Below are positions 36,826 through 45,614 of a stretch of 53,975 nucleotides of DNA, in pieces. Below the pieces are notes generated by a model that saw nothing but the letters and a program-made list of their open reading frames with translations, searched no databases and had not been told where the DNA came from. Within the stretch, counting starts at the first letter, position 1. The number at the start of each line of letters is the position of its first letter. This stretch comes from Pseudomonadota bacterium (GTDB lineage Bacteria; Pseudomonadota; Alphaproteobacteria; Paracaedibacterales; JAKBAR01). The position numbers and the translations under genes are program-made. The stretch is from positions 1-53,975 of the forward strand of contig JAKBAR010000003.1 in NCBI GenBank assembly GCA_021808925.1. The letters run 5' to 3'.

Positions 36826-37722
36826 ATGCGTAAATTAATAAAAATAATAATAAGTTTAAGTTTATTTTTTGGAATCATAGCCAGCATACACAACACACCA
36901 GTCCATGCATCAGAAGAAGGAAAAAAGAATCAGGAAATTTCTTCTGAAAACAAATACTATAAAAGTTTACACAAAACCCTGATAAAACAATTTCGAAAGA
37001 AACTCATTAATCTTGATAATTCTTTTTCAAAAGAGGATAAGAAAGCTTTCTATAAAGTTATTAATGATAAAAAACACAAAAAATTAGAAGAAAAATTTAT
37101 AAAAATAAATGAAAAATACATGAAAAATCCTAAAAAGGATCAGAAGAAATTAGAGAAAGAGCATGTTTATCAGGAATACGTTAATAATATTCTGAAAAAA
37201 CACAATATTAATCAAAATGATTTTGATGAAATTAATTACTTGTATTATATGACGAAAATAATTGCCACTACAGTTATAGATAATCTCATAAACCCTTACG
37301 TTGATGAAATCATTAAAACTTACGCCGATACATTAGATGAAAAAGATCCCCTCAAAATGTATATAAAAAATGTCTACATTGCAGATGAAAAAATTAAAAA
37401 AAAGACCGAGGTTGAAGAACTTTTTAACCAGTATACAAACCTGATGAAAAAAACATCTCCCAAAAAAAGAAAATTAGAGGATTGGGAAAATATAGGTAAG
37501 TTAATGGTAAAATTTCATTTTACGTATGACAACATCTTTAATAATAAATTCTTAATAAAAATTTATAAAAAACAAGGCCTTACGATTTCGACAAATGAGA
37601 TTGAAAAGCTCAGTAAAAAATTTTGGAAGATACATCTAAAAAAAGAAAAAGAGATTGTTAATAACGAAAAGCTTTATCTTTCAATTATGAATGACGTAGA
37701 AAAAGAACTTGGCCTTGATTAG
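36826..37722 (+). CDS. hypothetical secreted Lys-rich protein
   Basis: 298-aa ORF with a signal peptide (..LFFGIIASIHNTPVHAS), very AT-rich and K/N/E/I-rich. It contains SPKKRKLED (37456-37482). No recognised domain. Confidence 0.45.
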   Translation: MRKLIKIIISLSLFFGIIASIHNTPVHASEEGKKNQEISSENKYYKSLHKTLIKQFRKKLINLDNSFSKEDKKAFYKVINDKKHKKLEEKFIKINEKYMKNPKKDQKKLEKEHVYQEYVNNILKKHNINQNDFDEINYLYYMTKIIATTVIDNLINPYVDEIIKTYADTLDEKDPLKMYIKNVYIADEKIKKKTEVEELFNQYTNLMKKTSPKKRKLEDWENIGKLMVKFHFTYDNIFNNKFLIKIYKKQGLTISTNEIEKLSKKFWKIHLKKEKEIVNNEKLYLSIMNDVEKELGLD

Positions 37723-37827
37723 AATTTTGTGAGGGCGCGGTGCAGTATCCCCCGTACGCTCTTGACACGACAGAACCTTATGAAATAATAGTCGTGAGTA
37801 CTCTCATACATAGAAAAGCTCTATCTT

Positions 37828-38604
37828 ATGCAAAAAATATATAAAATTCTCCTGACCTTGTTTTTTGTTCAATCCTCGGCACAGTGTCTGGCCAGAGAAT
37901 ACGAGGAAAAAGAGCTCAATACCGATGAGATCATTACTTTCGAGAGTGGATTTAACCTTAAGGAATTAAAGCTCAAGGAACAACAAGAACAATTTAAAAA
38001 CATTCAAACCCCAGAAGAATTTGAGGTGTATATGAATGATTACTTTCCGGGGAAAACAATTATCAGCAAGGCCCTTATTACGGAAACAAAACAAGCCCTT
38101 GGGTGGCCTGTAGAGAATACAGATAAAACCTATGAACGGCAGCGACTGATTGGGTATGAATACCTCGCCTCTGTTGTTGAAAAAAATACATTTCTAACAC
38201 TTGTGGATACTTTTCTTGGGGCGAGTCAAAAAGATTTGGAAAACTATTTTCGTGAAGGTGCTAAAGAAGATGAGGTGAATAAAATTCGCTTTGTGATGCT
38301 TGTGATGGAATCCTACACAAAAAACAGTAAAAATGACGAAATTACACATTTTTCATCGCATTTGAAGGATATTTTTAAAAGTGAGCTTGAGCAAAAAAAG
38401 AAAAAAGATAAGGAGATAGAAAATTTTCAACAACGTGGGCTTTTGAAAAACGATTCCTCTTTTAAATGTTTTGATTTAATTTTCACAAAGATGCCATCGC
38501 TTTTCATGAAAAATTATCCAACCTATACAGAAAAAGAATTAGAGATAAGCCTTACCCTAAGTTTTATTGATTCTCTTATTGTTGAAAAATTAAAAAAAGA
38601 GTGA
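37828..38604 (+). CDS. hypothetical secreted protein
   Basis: 258-aa ORF with a signal peptide (MQKIYKILLTLFFVQSSAQCLA) and no recognised domain. Its stop overlaps the GTG start of the Smr gene (GTGA). Confidence 0.45.
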   Translation: MQKIYKILLTLFFVQSSAQCLAREYEEKELNTDEIITFESGFNLKELKLKEQQEQFKNIQTPEEFEVYMNDYFPGKTIISKALITETKQALGWPVENTDKTYERQRLIGYEYLASVVEKNTFLTLVDTFLGASQKDLENYFREGAKEDEVNKIRFVMLVMESYTKNSKNDEITHFSSHLKDIFKSELEQKKKKDKEIENFQQRGLLKNDSSFKCFDLIFTKMPSLFMKNYPTYTEKELEISLTLSFIDSLIVEKLKKE

Positions 38605-39065
38605 AACCACCTCGCAAACCTCCTGCAAAAAATACGTTATCCTCTGATGATAAAAAACTGTGGGAGGCCTTTAAACGCGCCGAGGATATAACGCCTCTTG
38701 TGCATTCAGACAAAGTCGTGCCGACCCTCCCCTCGCCCCTTCCTGCTTTTTATCAAAAACGCGCAGCAGACTGGACTGAAGAACCTTTTTTTAAGCGCCC
38801 TCAACGTGATTTTGACGCGCGCATTGATCTCCATGGTTTAACAGAAGACAAAGCCTATGAACGCCTTTGTGTCTTTTTAGAAAAAAAACAACAGCAAGGT
38901 GCCAGGCGTGTTCTTGTGATTACGGGAAAAAGCGGTATTTTATCAGAAATTGTTCCAAAATGGCTTTTAGCAATGCCCTTTGTGATGGATATTGAGCCCT
39001 CAAAAGCGATTCATGGCGGCAAAGGAGCCCTCTATATCACGTTAAAAAAACGCATCATCGATTAA
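38601..39065 (+). CDS. Smr domain protein
   Basis: The C-terminal Smr domain reads IDLHGLTEDKAYERLCVFLEKKQQQGARRVLVITGKSG..L...VPKWL. Confidence 0.75.
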   Translation: MKPPRKPPAKNTLSSDDKKLWEAFKRAEDITPLVHSDKVVPTLPSPLPAFYQKRAADWTEEPFFKRPQRDFDARIDLHGLTEDKAYERLCVFLEKKQQQGARRVLVITGKSGILSEIVPKWLLAMPFVMDIEPSKAIHGGKGALYITLKKRIID

Positions 39066-39112
39066 CTTTTTTTTTACTCTTTTCCCCTAACATCATCTTA
39101 AAAGGTAGAGAT

Positions 39113-40963
39113 ATGTTGGCTTTGATGATTTCTTTTTTTCTTACACTTATTTTATCCGTTATGCCTCTGTCAACAAGCGACGCTGGAAATTACGGGAAAT
39201 ATAAATCGTATGATAAGCATGAAAAAAAAGAGGATAAAGAGGAACTCAAAGAACGCTATGAAGAATCTTATAAAAAAGCTCTTTTAAAGCTGCTTGAGCA
39301 CCTCCATCATATGTCCAAAATGCCTTCTGGCTGTTGGATTTCTAAGGAATGCTATGGCCCTTATAAAGACATCTTTGAGAATGTTTACCGTGACTATCCC
39401 GATCACAACCGCTATCATACGGATCCCGTGGACGAGCGCATCCGTCGCCATATCGTCAAATTACGCGACGAGAGTATTCGATTGATCAAAGATTATTCTT
39501 TTCCTTTTTCAACGTATCTTCTTGGGACACTTCCAGAAGAAGCCGTAGAAGCTCTTGTGGAGGGAAAGTTTTTCACGCTGCCAACGCTTGAAGAACTTAA
39601 AAAGCTCCCTGCAGGTGCGCTTAACGAAAAAGATCTTGCGATTCTTTTTTATCAATATGCCCTTAAAATTCAAAATAGCCTGAAAAGTGATGGCGTTTAT
39701 GGCGTAAAAGAATTCTTCAATGCTATGGAAAAAGTGATAAATGCCCTTCCCAAAGGTTATCGCCGGGAATCCCTTGATGACTCCTTAGATCACCTAAAAA
39801 AACTTATCAGTCATCATGATTTTAGCCGCGCCATTGCACGCATGATTACCGAGGAGCTCAAACGCATTGACCCTGAAGAGGCTTCTCAGCAAAAACTCCC
39901 TGAAACGGCCAGTTACAGGACTTTCAAAAAACTTAAAGATCTCCAAAAACAGATTATGGAAGCTAAAAAAACCTATACAAGCGATCCGTTCAAAGAGGAT
40001 GTGCGCGAGAAAAAAAAGGATGAGACCTTCAAAAAATTTTATGAAATGGTGTATAAAACCCCTGACTCAAAGGGGCATGATGATGAAAAATATTGGCTGC
40101 GTGTTTTGCTCGAGGCCTTTAAAAAACTTCCTGAAAATAACGCGCTGCGTCAATCGATCTCGTCCTCTGACTTTATCAATTCCCTTAAGGAATACCTTCA
40201 TCATGGCCGCTATCCAAATGTAGGATTCTCTATCTATGAAAATCTTTCGCCTGAGTGGCAAGATAAAATTAAAAACGGTGAACGTTTGAACGAAAATGTA
40301 AGTGATAGTGAGCTTAAAACGGCTATTGAAAATAAAAAACTCACACTCACCCACATGGCCGTGATCTGCCTTGAGAAGATTCAAAAAATTAAAAAAGAGG
40401 GCTCTGTTGAAAAATATAAAAAGGCTGTGCAGCACACAATTGAAAAAATAACAGATCGTTTTGATAAGGTTTTAAGATCGATTAACAAGGATAAAACCAA
40501 CACTGAATCAACAAAACTCCACCACCTTATTGAGAATGCCTTGAAGGAGTCAGAAGAGGATATCTCCATCAAAAGCCTTGTCCTTGAGTGGCTCTATGAA
40601 CAAATCCATGATAAAGAGGCGCTTACGTTTGATGCTAAAAAAGGACAAATTGTAGAATTTTCCGAACAGACCTCAAAGGGGAAAAAACATAAAAAACAAC
40701 CTCATTGGCCCCATGAACATAAAAAAGCAGCGGAAATAATGGCTTTTGAAAAAATGATGGCTAAACCTGTCGGTGGACGCACGCACTACGCGGATAATGA
40801 TATAATTTTTGCTGGAAATCCCTCAAAGGATAAGGATAAAAATAAAGAAAAGAAAGAACAAAAACCTGAAAAAGAATTTGCCACTAATCTGCTCAAAAAA
40901 ACAGAAGGCCTTCTCGGAGGGTTCCTCGATAATGTTTTTAAGCAAGTGGGCGCAGGTAAATAA
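39113..40963 (+). CDS. hypothetical secreted protein (616 aa)
   Basis: Long uninterrupted ORF with a signal peptide (MLALMISFFLTLILSVMPLSTSDAG), a mainly helical charged sequence and a K-rich C-terminus. No recognised domain. Confidence 0.5.
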   Translation: MLALMISFFLTLILSVMPLSTSDAGNYGKYKSYDKHEKKEDKEELKERYEESYKKALLKLLEHLHHMSKMPSGCWISKECYGPYKDIFENVYRDYPDHNRYHTDPVDERIRRHIVKLRDESIRLIKDYSFPFSTYLLGTLPEEAVEALVEGKFFTLPTLEELKKLPAGALNEKDLAILFYQYALKIQNSLKSDGVYGVKEFFNAMEKVINALPKGYRRESLDDSLDHLKKLISHHDFSRAIARMITEELKRIDPEEASQQKLPETASYRTFKKLKDLQKQIMEAKKTYTSDPFKEDVREKKKDETFKKFYEMVYKTPDSKGHDDEKYWLRVLLEAFKKLPENNALRQSISSSDFINSLKEYLHHGRYPNVGFSIYENLSPEWQDKIKNGERLNENVSDSELKTAIENKKLTLTHMAVICLEKIQKIKKEGSVEKYKKAVQHTIEKITDRFDKVLRSINKDKTNTESTKLHHLIENALKESEEDISIKSLVLEWLYEQIHDKEALTFDAKKGQIVEFSEQTSKGKKHKKQPHWPHEHKKAAEIMAFEKMMAKPVGGRTHYADNDIIFAGNPSKDKDKNKEKKEQKPEKEFATNLLKKTEGLLGGFLDNVFKQVGAGK

Positions 40964-41028
40964 ACTTGAATGATGTGTAAGATCTGTGCGACAAAGAAAA
41001 GAGAGACCCACAAGAGGGACTGCGACCG

Positions 41029-41403
41029 ATGAGTGTAGCGACAAATTATTTTCCTATTTTCCTTTTTCTCATGATCAGTTTTGGTTTATCTGTTTTTTTG
41101 ATTGCCCTTTCTTTTTTACGCAGCAAACGCAAGGGATATGCCGAAAAACTCTCGCCTTATGAGTGTGGATTCGATACGTTCGACGCCCCTCCAACAAACG
41201 CCCGCGCCCCCTTCGATGCACGTTTTTACCTTGTGGCCATCCTTTTTATTATTTTTGACCTCGAGATCGCTTTTCTTTTTCCTTTTGCAGTCAGCCTCCC
41301 CTCCATTGGGCTTTTTGGCTTTTTATCCATGATGTTTTTTCTGTTTGTGCTTACCGTTGGCTTTATTTATGAGTGGAAAAAAGGTGCACTTGATTGGCAC
41401 TAG
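41029..41403 (+). CDS. nuoA: NADH-quinone oxidoreductase subunit A
   Basis: 124-aa, three-TM ORF with [33 protein letters not shown] and a C-terminal [10 protein letters not shown]. Confidence 0.9.
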   Translation: MSVATNYFPIFLFLMISFGLSVFLIALSFLRSKRKGYAEKLSPYECGFDTFDAPPTNARAPFDARFYLVAILFIIFDLEIAFLFPFAVSLPSIGLFGFLSMMFFLFVLTVGFIYEWKKGALDWH

Positions 41404-41457
41404 AATAATAAAACACAAAGGACATTGAGCTAAAAGCCCTAGTTTTAACACAGATGG

Positions 41458-43086
41458 CTAAGATTTTTTAATGGGGAGCGAAAACCAAAAAACGCTTCCC
41501 TGCCCCATTTTACTCTCGCACCCAATTTTTCCCAGAAGGAGTTTCACTAAATTTTTCGCAATACTCAGGCCAAGCCCCTGCCCCCTTGAATCCGCATTGA
41601 GCGCCTCTGCTGAGAAAGAATCACTCAAAAGTGTCTCTTGAATAGCCTCTGGAATCCCAAGACCTGTGTCAATGACCTGCACAATCAGCTCATAATTTTT
41701 ACCCTCCAAGGGGGCTGTGTTCACATTAATACGTACCTGACCGACTTGCGTAAATTTAAAAGCATTGCTCGTCAAGTGCAAAAGAATCTGGCGAAACCGC
41801 ACAGCATCCGTTTCGACCATCAAGGGAACTGATTGACTAAAAAATGTTTCAAAACGAAGGCCTCTTTGGATAGCAACGGGCTGGAGGAGACCTTGAATTT
41901 CTGAGACAATTTCGCGAATATTAACCGGTTGAATAAACGCCGTTTGCTCTTTTTTCTCACTTTGACTAAACTCCAAAACATCATCGATGAGCTTCATTAG
42001 TGCATTAGACGACGCTTGAATCGTATTCACATACGCCGTTTGCTGTTGAGAAAGCGCTGTCTCCCGCAAAAGGCTTAAAATGCCGACGATACCGTTCATA
42101 GGCGTTCGAATTTCATGACTCATTGTCGCCAGAAATTTAGATTTCTCGTAACTCGATTTTTCCGCAATATCCCTTGCAAGCTCAAGATCCCTTGTTGTCA
42201 GATGAAGGTCACTAATCAGCGTATCATAGGCTGAGGCGGCTCTGAGAACATTCATTGAAATCAGTGATGCTAAGATAATCAGCGCAACAAGCGTGATACC
42301 CGATATAGGAAGAATTTCTCTTAAAATCGCTTTTGCACTTTCTGCAGGCTCCCAGAGAAAATAGCCTAAGTTTTCTTTTTCATTAGAGACCTCTAAAAAA
42401 TTCAATTTTTTTTCTTTTGAGCTATCCTTTGTATGACTGAAGTAAATAGACTCAATATTGGTAAATGTGCGCAAATTATGAACGATTGTTGTATCAATTT
42501 CTTGCGCAAACACAAGGTATTGTTGTTTTTGACTTGATTCCAAGCGTGCTGCAGCGTCATAGCTTGGCTGGAGCTCACCGATAGACACTAAAAAAGGCTT
42601 CTCATTAATCATAAGAAGCTCTTTGACTATGCCTAAATTAAATTTGGTTGATTTATTACGTTTGAGAAAATCCATAAGCGGAGGTGTTATCGCCTGGCAT
42701 TCTGTCTGATTTTTGATATCTCCCCTCGATGCTGCAAACTCAACTTCACCTCTATCATTTAAAATCGCCGCAAGATCCATCCCCAAAACCTTGCTCACGT
42801 CATTACCAATATTGTCATCCACCCATTTTTTATTAAATTTCAAAACAATATTTTCATAGGCCTGTGTCCACACAGAATGCAGTGAATTAATGTACCCAAG
42901 ATTTTCTTTTTCATAGGCAAAGGATGTTTTTATGGCACTGGTCGATTCTTGATTAGTCAGCTCTTTAAAATTGATATAACTGTAGATACCAATTGAAATA
43001 ATAGAAAGCAAACACAGAATAAGCGCCATGGCAAAGTACATAATGATATCGCGAAAAACGATCTTTTTGACGCTCGTTTTAATCAT
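41458..43086 (-). CDS. membrane sensor histidine kinase
   Basis: 542-aa ORF with two TM helices flanking a roughly 220-aa periplasmic domain, an H-box SHEIRTPMNGIVG, an N-box (LLHLTSNAFKF) and G-boxes (DTGLGI, GQGLGLSI). No receiver domain. Confidence 0.85.
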   Translation of the reverse strand: MIKTSVKKIVFRDIIMYFAMALILCLLSIISIGIYSYINFKELTNQESTSAIKTSFAYEKENLGYINSLHSVWTQAYENIVLKFNKKWVDDNIGNDVSKVLGMDLAAILNDRGEVEFAASRGDIKNQTECQAITPPLMDFLKRNKSTKFNLGIVKELLMINEKPFLVSIGELQPSYDAAARLESSQKQQYLVFAQEIDTTIVHNLRTFTNIESIYFSHTKDSSKEKKLNFLEVSNEKENLGYFLWEPAESAKAILREILPISGITLVALIILASLISMNVLRAASAYDTLISDLHLTTRDLELARDIAEKSSYEKSKFLATMSHEIRTPMNGIVGILSLLRETALSQQQTAYVNTIQASSNALMKLIDDVLEFSQSEKKEQTAFIQPVNIREIVSEIQGLLQPVAIQRGLRFETFFSQSVPLMVETDAVRFRQILLHLTSNAFKFTQVGQVRINVNTAPLEGKNYELIVQVIDTGLGIPEAIQETLLSDSFSAEALNADSRGQGLGLSIAKNLVKLLLGKIGCESKMGQGSVFWFSLPIKKS

Positions 43087-43144
43087 AAAAACAATTGAGT
43101 TTTTTTAAGTTGCCTCTGCTCTCTTCAAGAATAGTGATTTTTAG

Positions 43145-43160
43145 TTAATTTCGCGTTAAA
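43145..43160 (-). promoter_or_regulatory. CtrA-box-like motif TTAA-N7-TTAAC
   Basis: The minus strand reads TTAACGCGAAATTAAC, about 60-75 bp upstream of the histidine kinase start at 43086. Confidence 0.25.
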
Positions 43161-43249
43161 AAAGAGAGAGATTTAGACTATCTTTCTCATTTCTTCTCAA
43201 GACAAAAAAAAGGGGGAATATCCCCCCATAAATTAAAATATCAGAACAA

Positions 43250-44512
43250 TTAGTTTAGTTTTTTCTTCTTATTTTTAATATTGTCTTCATCACTTGAGCT
43301 GTCATATTCATCTGAATCAAGTGTTTTTTTGCGTTTTTTGTTTTTTTCTTTAAGTTTACGTCCATCAATCCCAATCACATTTTTGTATTCACGGAGTGGA
43401 AGATTGTCAGACACTATATTAATAATTGTATGCATGTTCAACTCTGTATCTTTTTTAATTTTTAGAAAATCACCATTTGTTTGATTATAAAGATTAACAA
43501 TTTCTTCTTTTTGTTCAGTATTAATACTTTGAATCTCTTCTTTTAAAATCCCATCATAGTATATACCTATTTGCCTTGATGCAAGGTTATTTTCTCGCCC
43601 TATTTTTTTTAAAAATTCCTCTGCTAATGAGTGAGAAGACTTATTATTATTCATTATAGAATCATAGGCCTCTAACAGTGCCTGAAACTGAGGATTTTTT
43701 ATTTCTGGCAAAGATCGGTGTCGCCTTCCATTCTCACAAAGAATAGCACTCAACCCGCCAAGTCCCCTCTTAATATTAAGAACTTCCTTTATTTGAGAAA
43801 TATTTAATCCTCTATCATATAAGTAGATTATCTTCCTCACATCACATGGCTTTACGTTAAAACGGATTTCATTTTTTTTAGTACTACGACTAATCACAGA
43901 TGGATAAAGTTTTTTTAATTCATTATCCCCCGGCATGTTCTCATAAATTTCTTGGACTTTTTCTTCACTTAATTTTTTACGAGATTTTGTTTTTTCCCCT
44001 GACTCACCCTCACTTGATTCTTCTGACTCACTTTCAATAGTGTCAATAGGCGTGAGACGTCTCCACTTGCCATCTTTATAATCAAAGGCAAGGAGTTTAT
44101 TTCCTTCATTTTCATTAATTTTGACAGGAACAAGTTCTCTTGATGAAGGTTCCACAAATGTATCTAACGTGAAAACAACCGTCGTTTTTTCGCCAAAAAT
44201 AGTGTTAGCAAGATCTTTAATATTTTTATTATCCGCCAATGAAAGCATAAAATACTCTTGCTTAAAGGTATTCTTGTTTTTTTCCATTTCCTCATAAAGC
44301 TGATGAAAAAATTTTTTATCGTTTTCTTCTGTGAGGCCTGAATAGGGCGTTTGTTTTTTGGGAATTCTATATTTTTTGATTGATTTTTCGTTATTTTCCT
44401 TGTTTTCCCTGTCTTCCATCCCGTAAGAGAGCGTGAAAGAAAAAGGAAGAGCCACCATAAGTAATTTTAAAAGCATATTTTTAGACATACTATTTTCTAT
44501 GAATTGAAGCAT
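43250..44512 (-). CDS. hypothetical secreted protein with basic/acidic-Ser C-terminal tail
   Basis: 420-aa ORF with a probable signal peptide (MSKNMLLKLLMVALPFSFTLSYG), an acidic Ser/Glu stretch, two HTH-like segments (e.g. RKIIYLYDRGLNISQIKEVLNI) and the tail KKRKKTLDSDEYDSSSDEDNIKNKKKKLN. No recognised family. Confidence 0.45.
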   Translation of the reverse strand: MLQFIENSMSKNMLLKLLMVALPFSFTLSYGMEDRENKENNEKSIKKYRIPKKQTPYSGLTEENDKKFFHQLYEEMEKNKNTFKQEYFMLSLADNKNIKDLANTIFGEKTTVVFTLDTFVEPSSRELVPVKINENEGNKLLAFDYKDGKWRRLTPIDTIESESEESSEGESGEKTKSRKKLSEEKVQEIYENMPGDNELKKLYPSVISRSTKKNEIRFNVKPCDVRKIIYLYDRGLNISQIKEVLNIKRGLGGLSAILCENGRRHRSLPEIKNPQFQALLEAYDSIMNNNKSSHSLAEEFLKKIGRENNLASRQIGIYYDGILKEEIQSINTEQKEEIVNLYNQTNGDFLKIKKDTELNMHTIINIVSDNLPLREYKNVIGIDGRKLKEKNKKRKKTLDSDEYDSSSDEDNIKNKKKKLN

Positions 44513-44557
44513 TGCTCATATATTTATAGATTTCAAAAATCATAAAATCAATATTTT

Positions 44558-44806
44558 TTATTTTATGTTAACTTTTATTTTCTTATTGATAATTTTTCCA
44601 ATAGTTTTCTCTACATTAGGCGCTGAAAGAGCTGCTTCCCTGTTCTCAGATTCTACTTTCATATAAATTTCTTGACGCATCACACGGGATTTTTCCCCAT
44701 AAACAATGCCCAAACGCACAGATTGACGTTTGATCTCGATCACCGTAATCGTCACATCATCATTGATTTGAATCCCTTGACCTAGCTTGCGATTAAGACA
44801 GAGCAT
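44558..44806 (-). CDS. csrA: CsrA family RNA-binding post-transcriptional regulator (divergent)
   Basis: From ATG 44806, MLCLNRKLGQGIQINDDVTITVIEIKRQSVRLGIVYGEKSRVMRQEIYMKV aligns by eye with E. coli CsrA [51 protein letters not shown]. The ORF track allows a 27-codon N-terminal extension to 44887. Confidence 0.7.
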   Translation of the reverse strand: MLCLNRKLGQGIQINDDVTITVIEIKRQSVRLGIVYGEKSRVMRQEIYMKVESENREAALSAPNVEKTIGKIINKKIKVNIK

Positions 44807-44947
44807 CGTGCTTTTACCCCCAAATTCACCTGTTTTAGTGTAAAAGAGTTTTTCTAAAATGCCAATAAAATCATTGACATTATTCATCTTTTATTAAACT
44901 CTTTGCGATACATTAGAGATCTAAATAGTGAGTGATCAAGGAAAAAA

Positions 44948-45559
44948 ATGCGCTGTTGTCTTGCTTTTTTATTGTGCTTTTTGTTGAATACAGCCCCTTC
45001 TTCAGCGGATAATCCCGCTGCCGTGGCCTCTATGCAACGTATCGTGAATGAGGCTCTCAGCACCGCCGTCACATCTGATACAAGCAATGTGCGCGCAAAT
45101 TTTAAAAGTCTTATCCTTAAAGATGTTGATTTAGATAGCGTCATTAAGCAGCTTCTTGTCAGACCAGAACGCCTTCAAGCCATTGAAAAAGCAGGATTGA
45201 TGAATCAGCTCAAAGATTTTGTGGCATGGCACTTAGCAGGCATTTATGCAAGCCAAATCACCTCGGGGCATGACGCGAAAGTGACCGTCCTGCCCCATAC
45301 AACAACAGAAAAAGACCCCGTTTTAGATCAAACTCTTGATGTTGTCACGACAATCATTGAAACAGCACACTATGGCAAAGTAAACGTTGATTGGTACTTA
45401 AGCGGTGGAAAAATTATTGACGCAAAGGTCGAGGGAAAATTCCGCATGAGCCTTACTCTCAAACCACAATATGTGGAAATGTGGAACAAGGCAGGAGGTG
45501 ATCCAGCGAGATTTCTAGAGCTTTTGAGGACGAATCTCAATGCAAAGCAATCCTCATAG
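44948..45559 (+). CDS. MlaC/Ttg2D-like periplasmic lipid-binding protein
   Basis: Signal peptide, followed by a pattern (VDLDSVIKQLL...Q...F..W.L...YASQI... VNVDWYLSGGKIIDAKVEGKFRMSLTLKPQY) that resembles the MlaC family. The assignment is tentative. Confidence 0.5.
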   Translation: MRCCLAFLLCFLLNTAPSSADNPAAVASMQRIVNEALSTAVTSDTSNVRANFKSLILKDVDLDSVIKQLLVRPERLQAIEKAGLMNQLKDFVAWHLAGIYASQITSGHDAKVTVLPHTTTEKDPVLDQTLDVVTTIIETAHYGKVNVDWYLSGGKIIDAKVEGKFRMSLTLKPQYVEMWNKAGGDPARFLELLRTNLNAKQSS

Positions 45560-45565
45560 ATCATG

Positions 45566-45600
45566 AAAAAGAGCCCGCGAAAAACGGGCTCACTTATTTA
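45566..45600. terminator. bidirectional rho-independent terminator
   Basis: AAAAA, then GAGCCCG (45571-45577), loop CGAAAAA, CGGGCTC (45585-45591), then a T-rich tail. It lies between the convergent MlaC-like and pepA genes. Confidence 0.65.
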
Positions 45601-45614
45601 GTTATTAAAAAATT

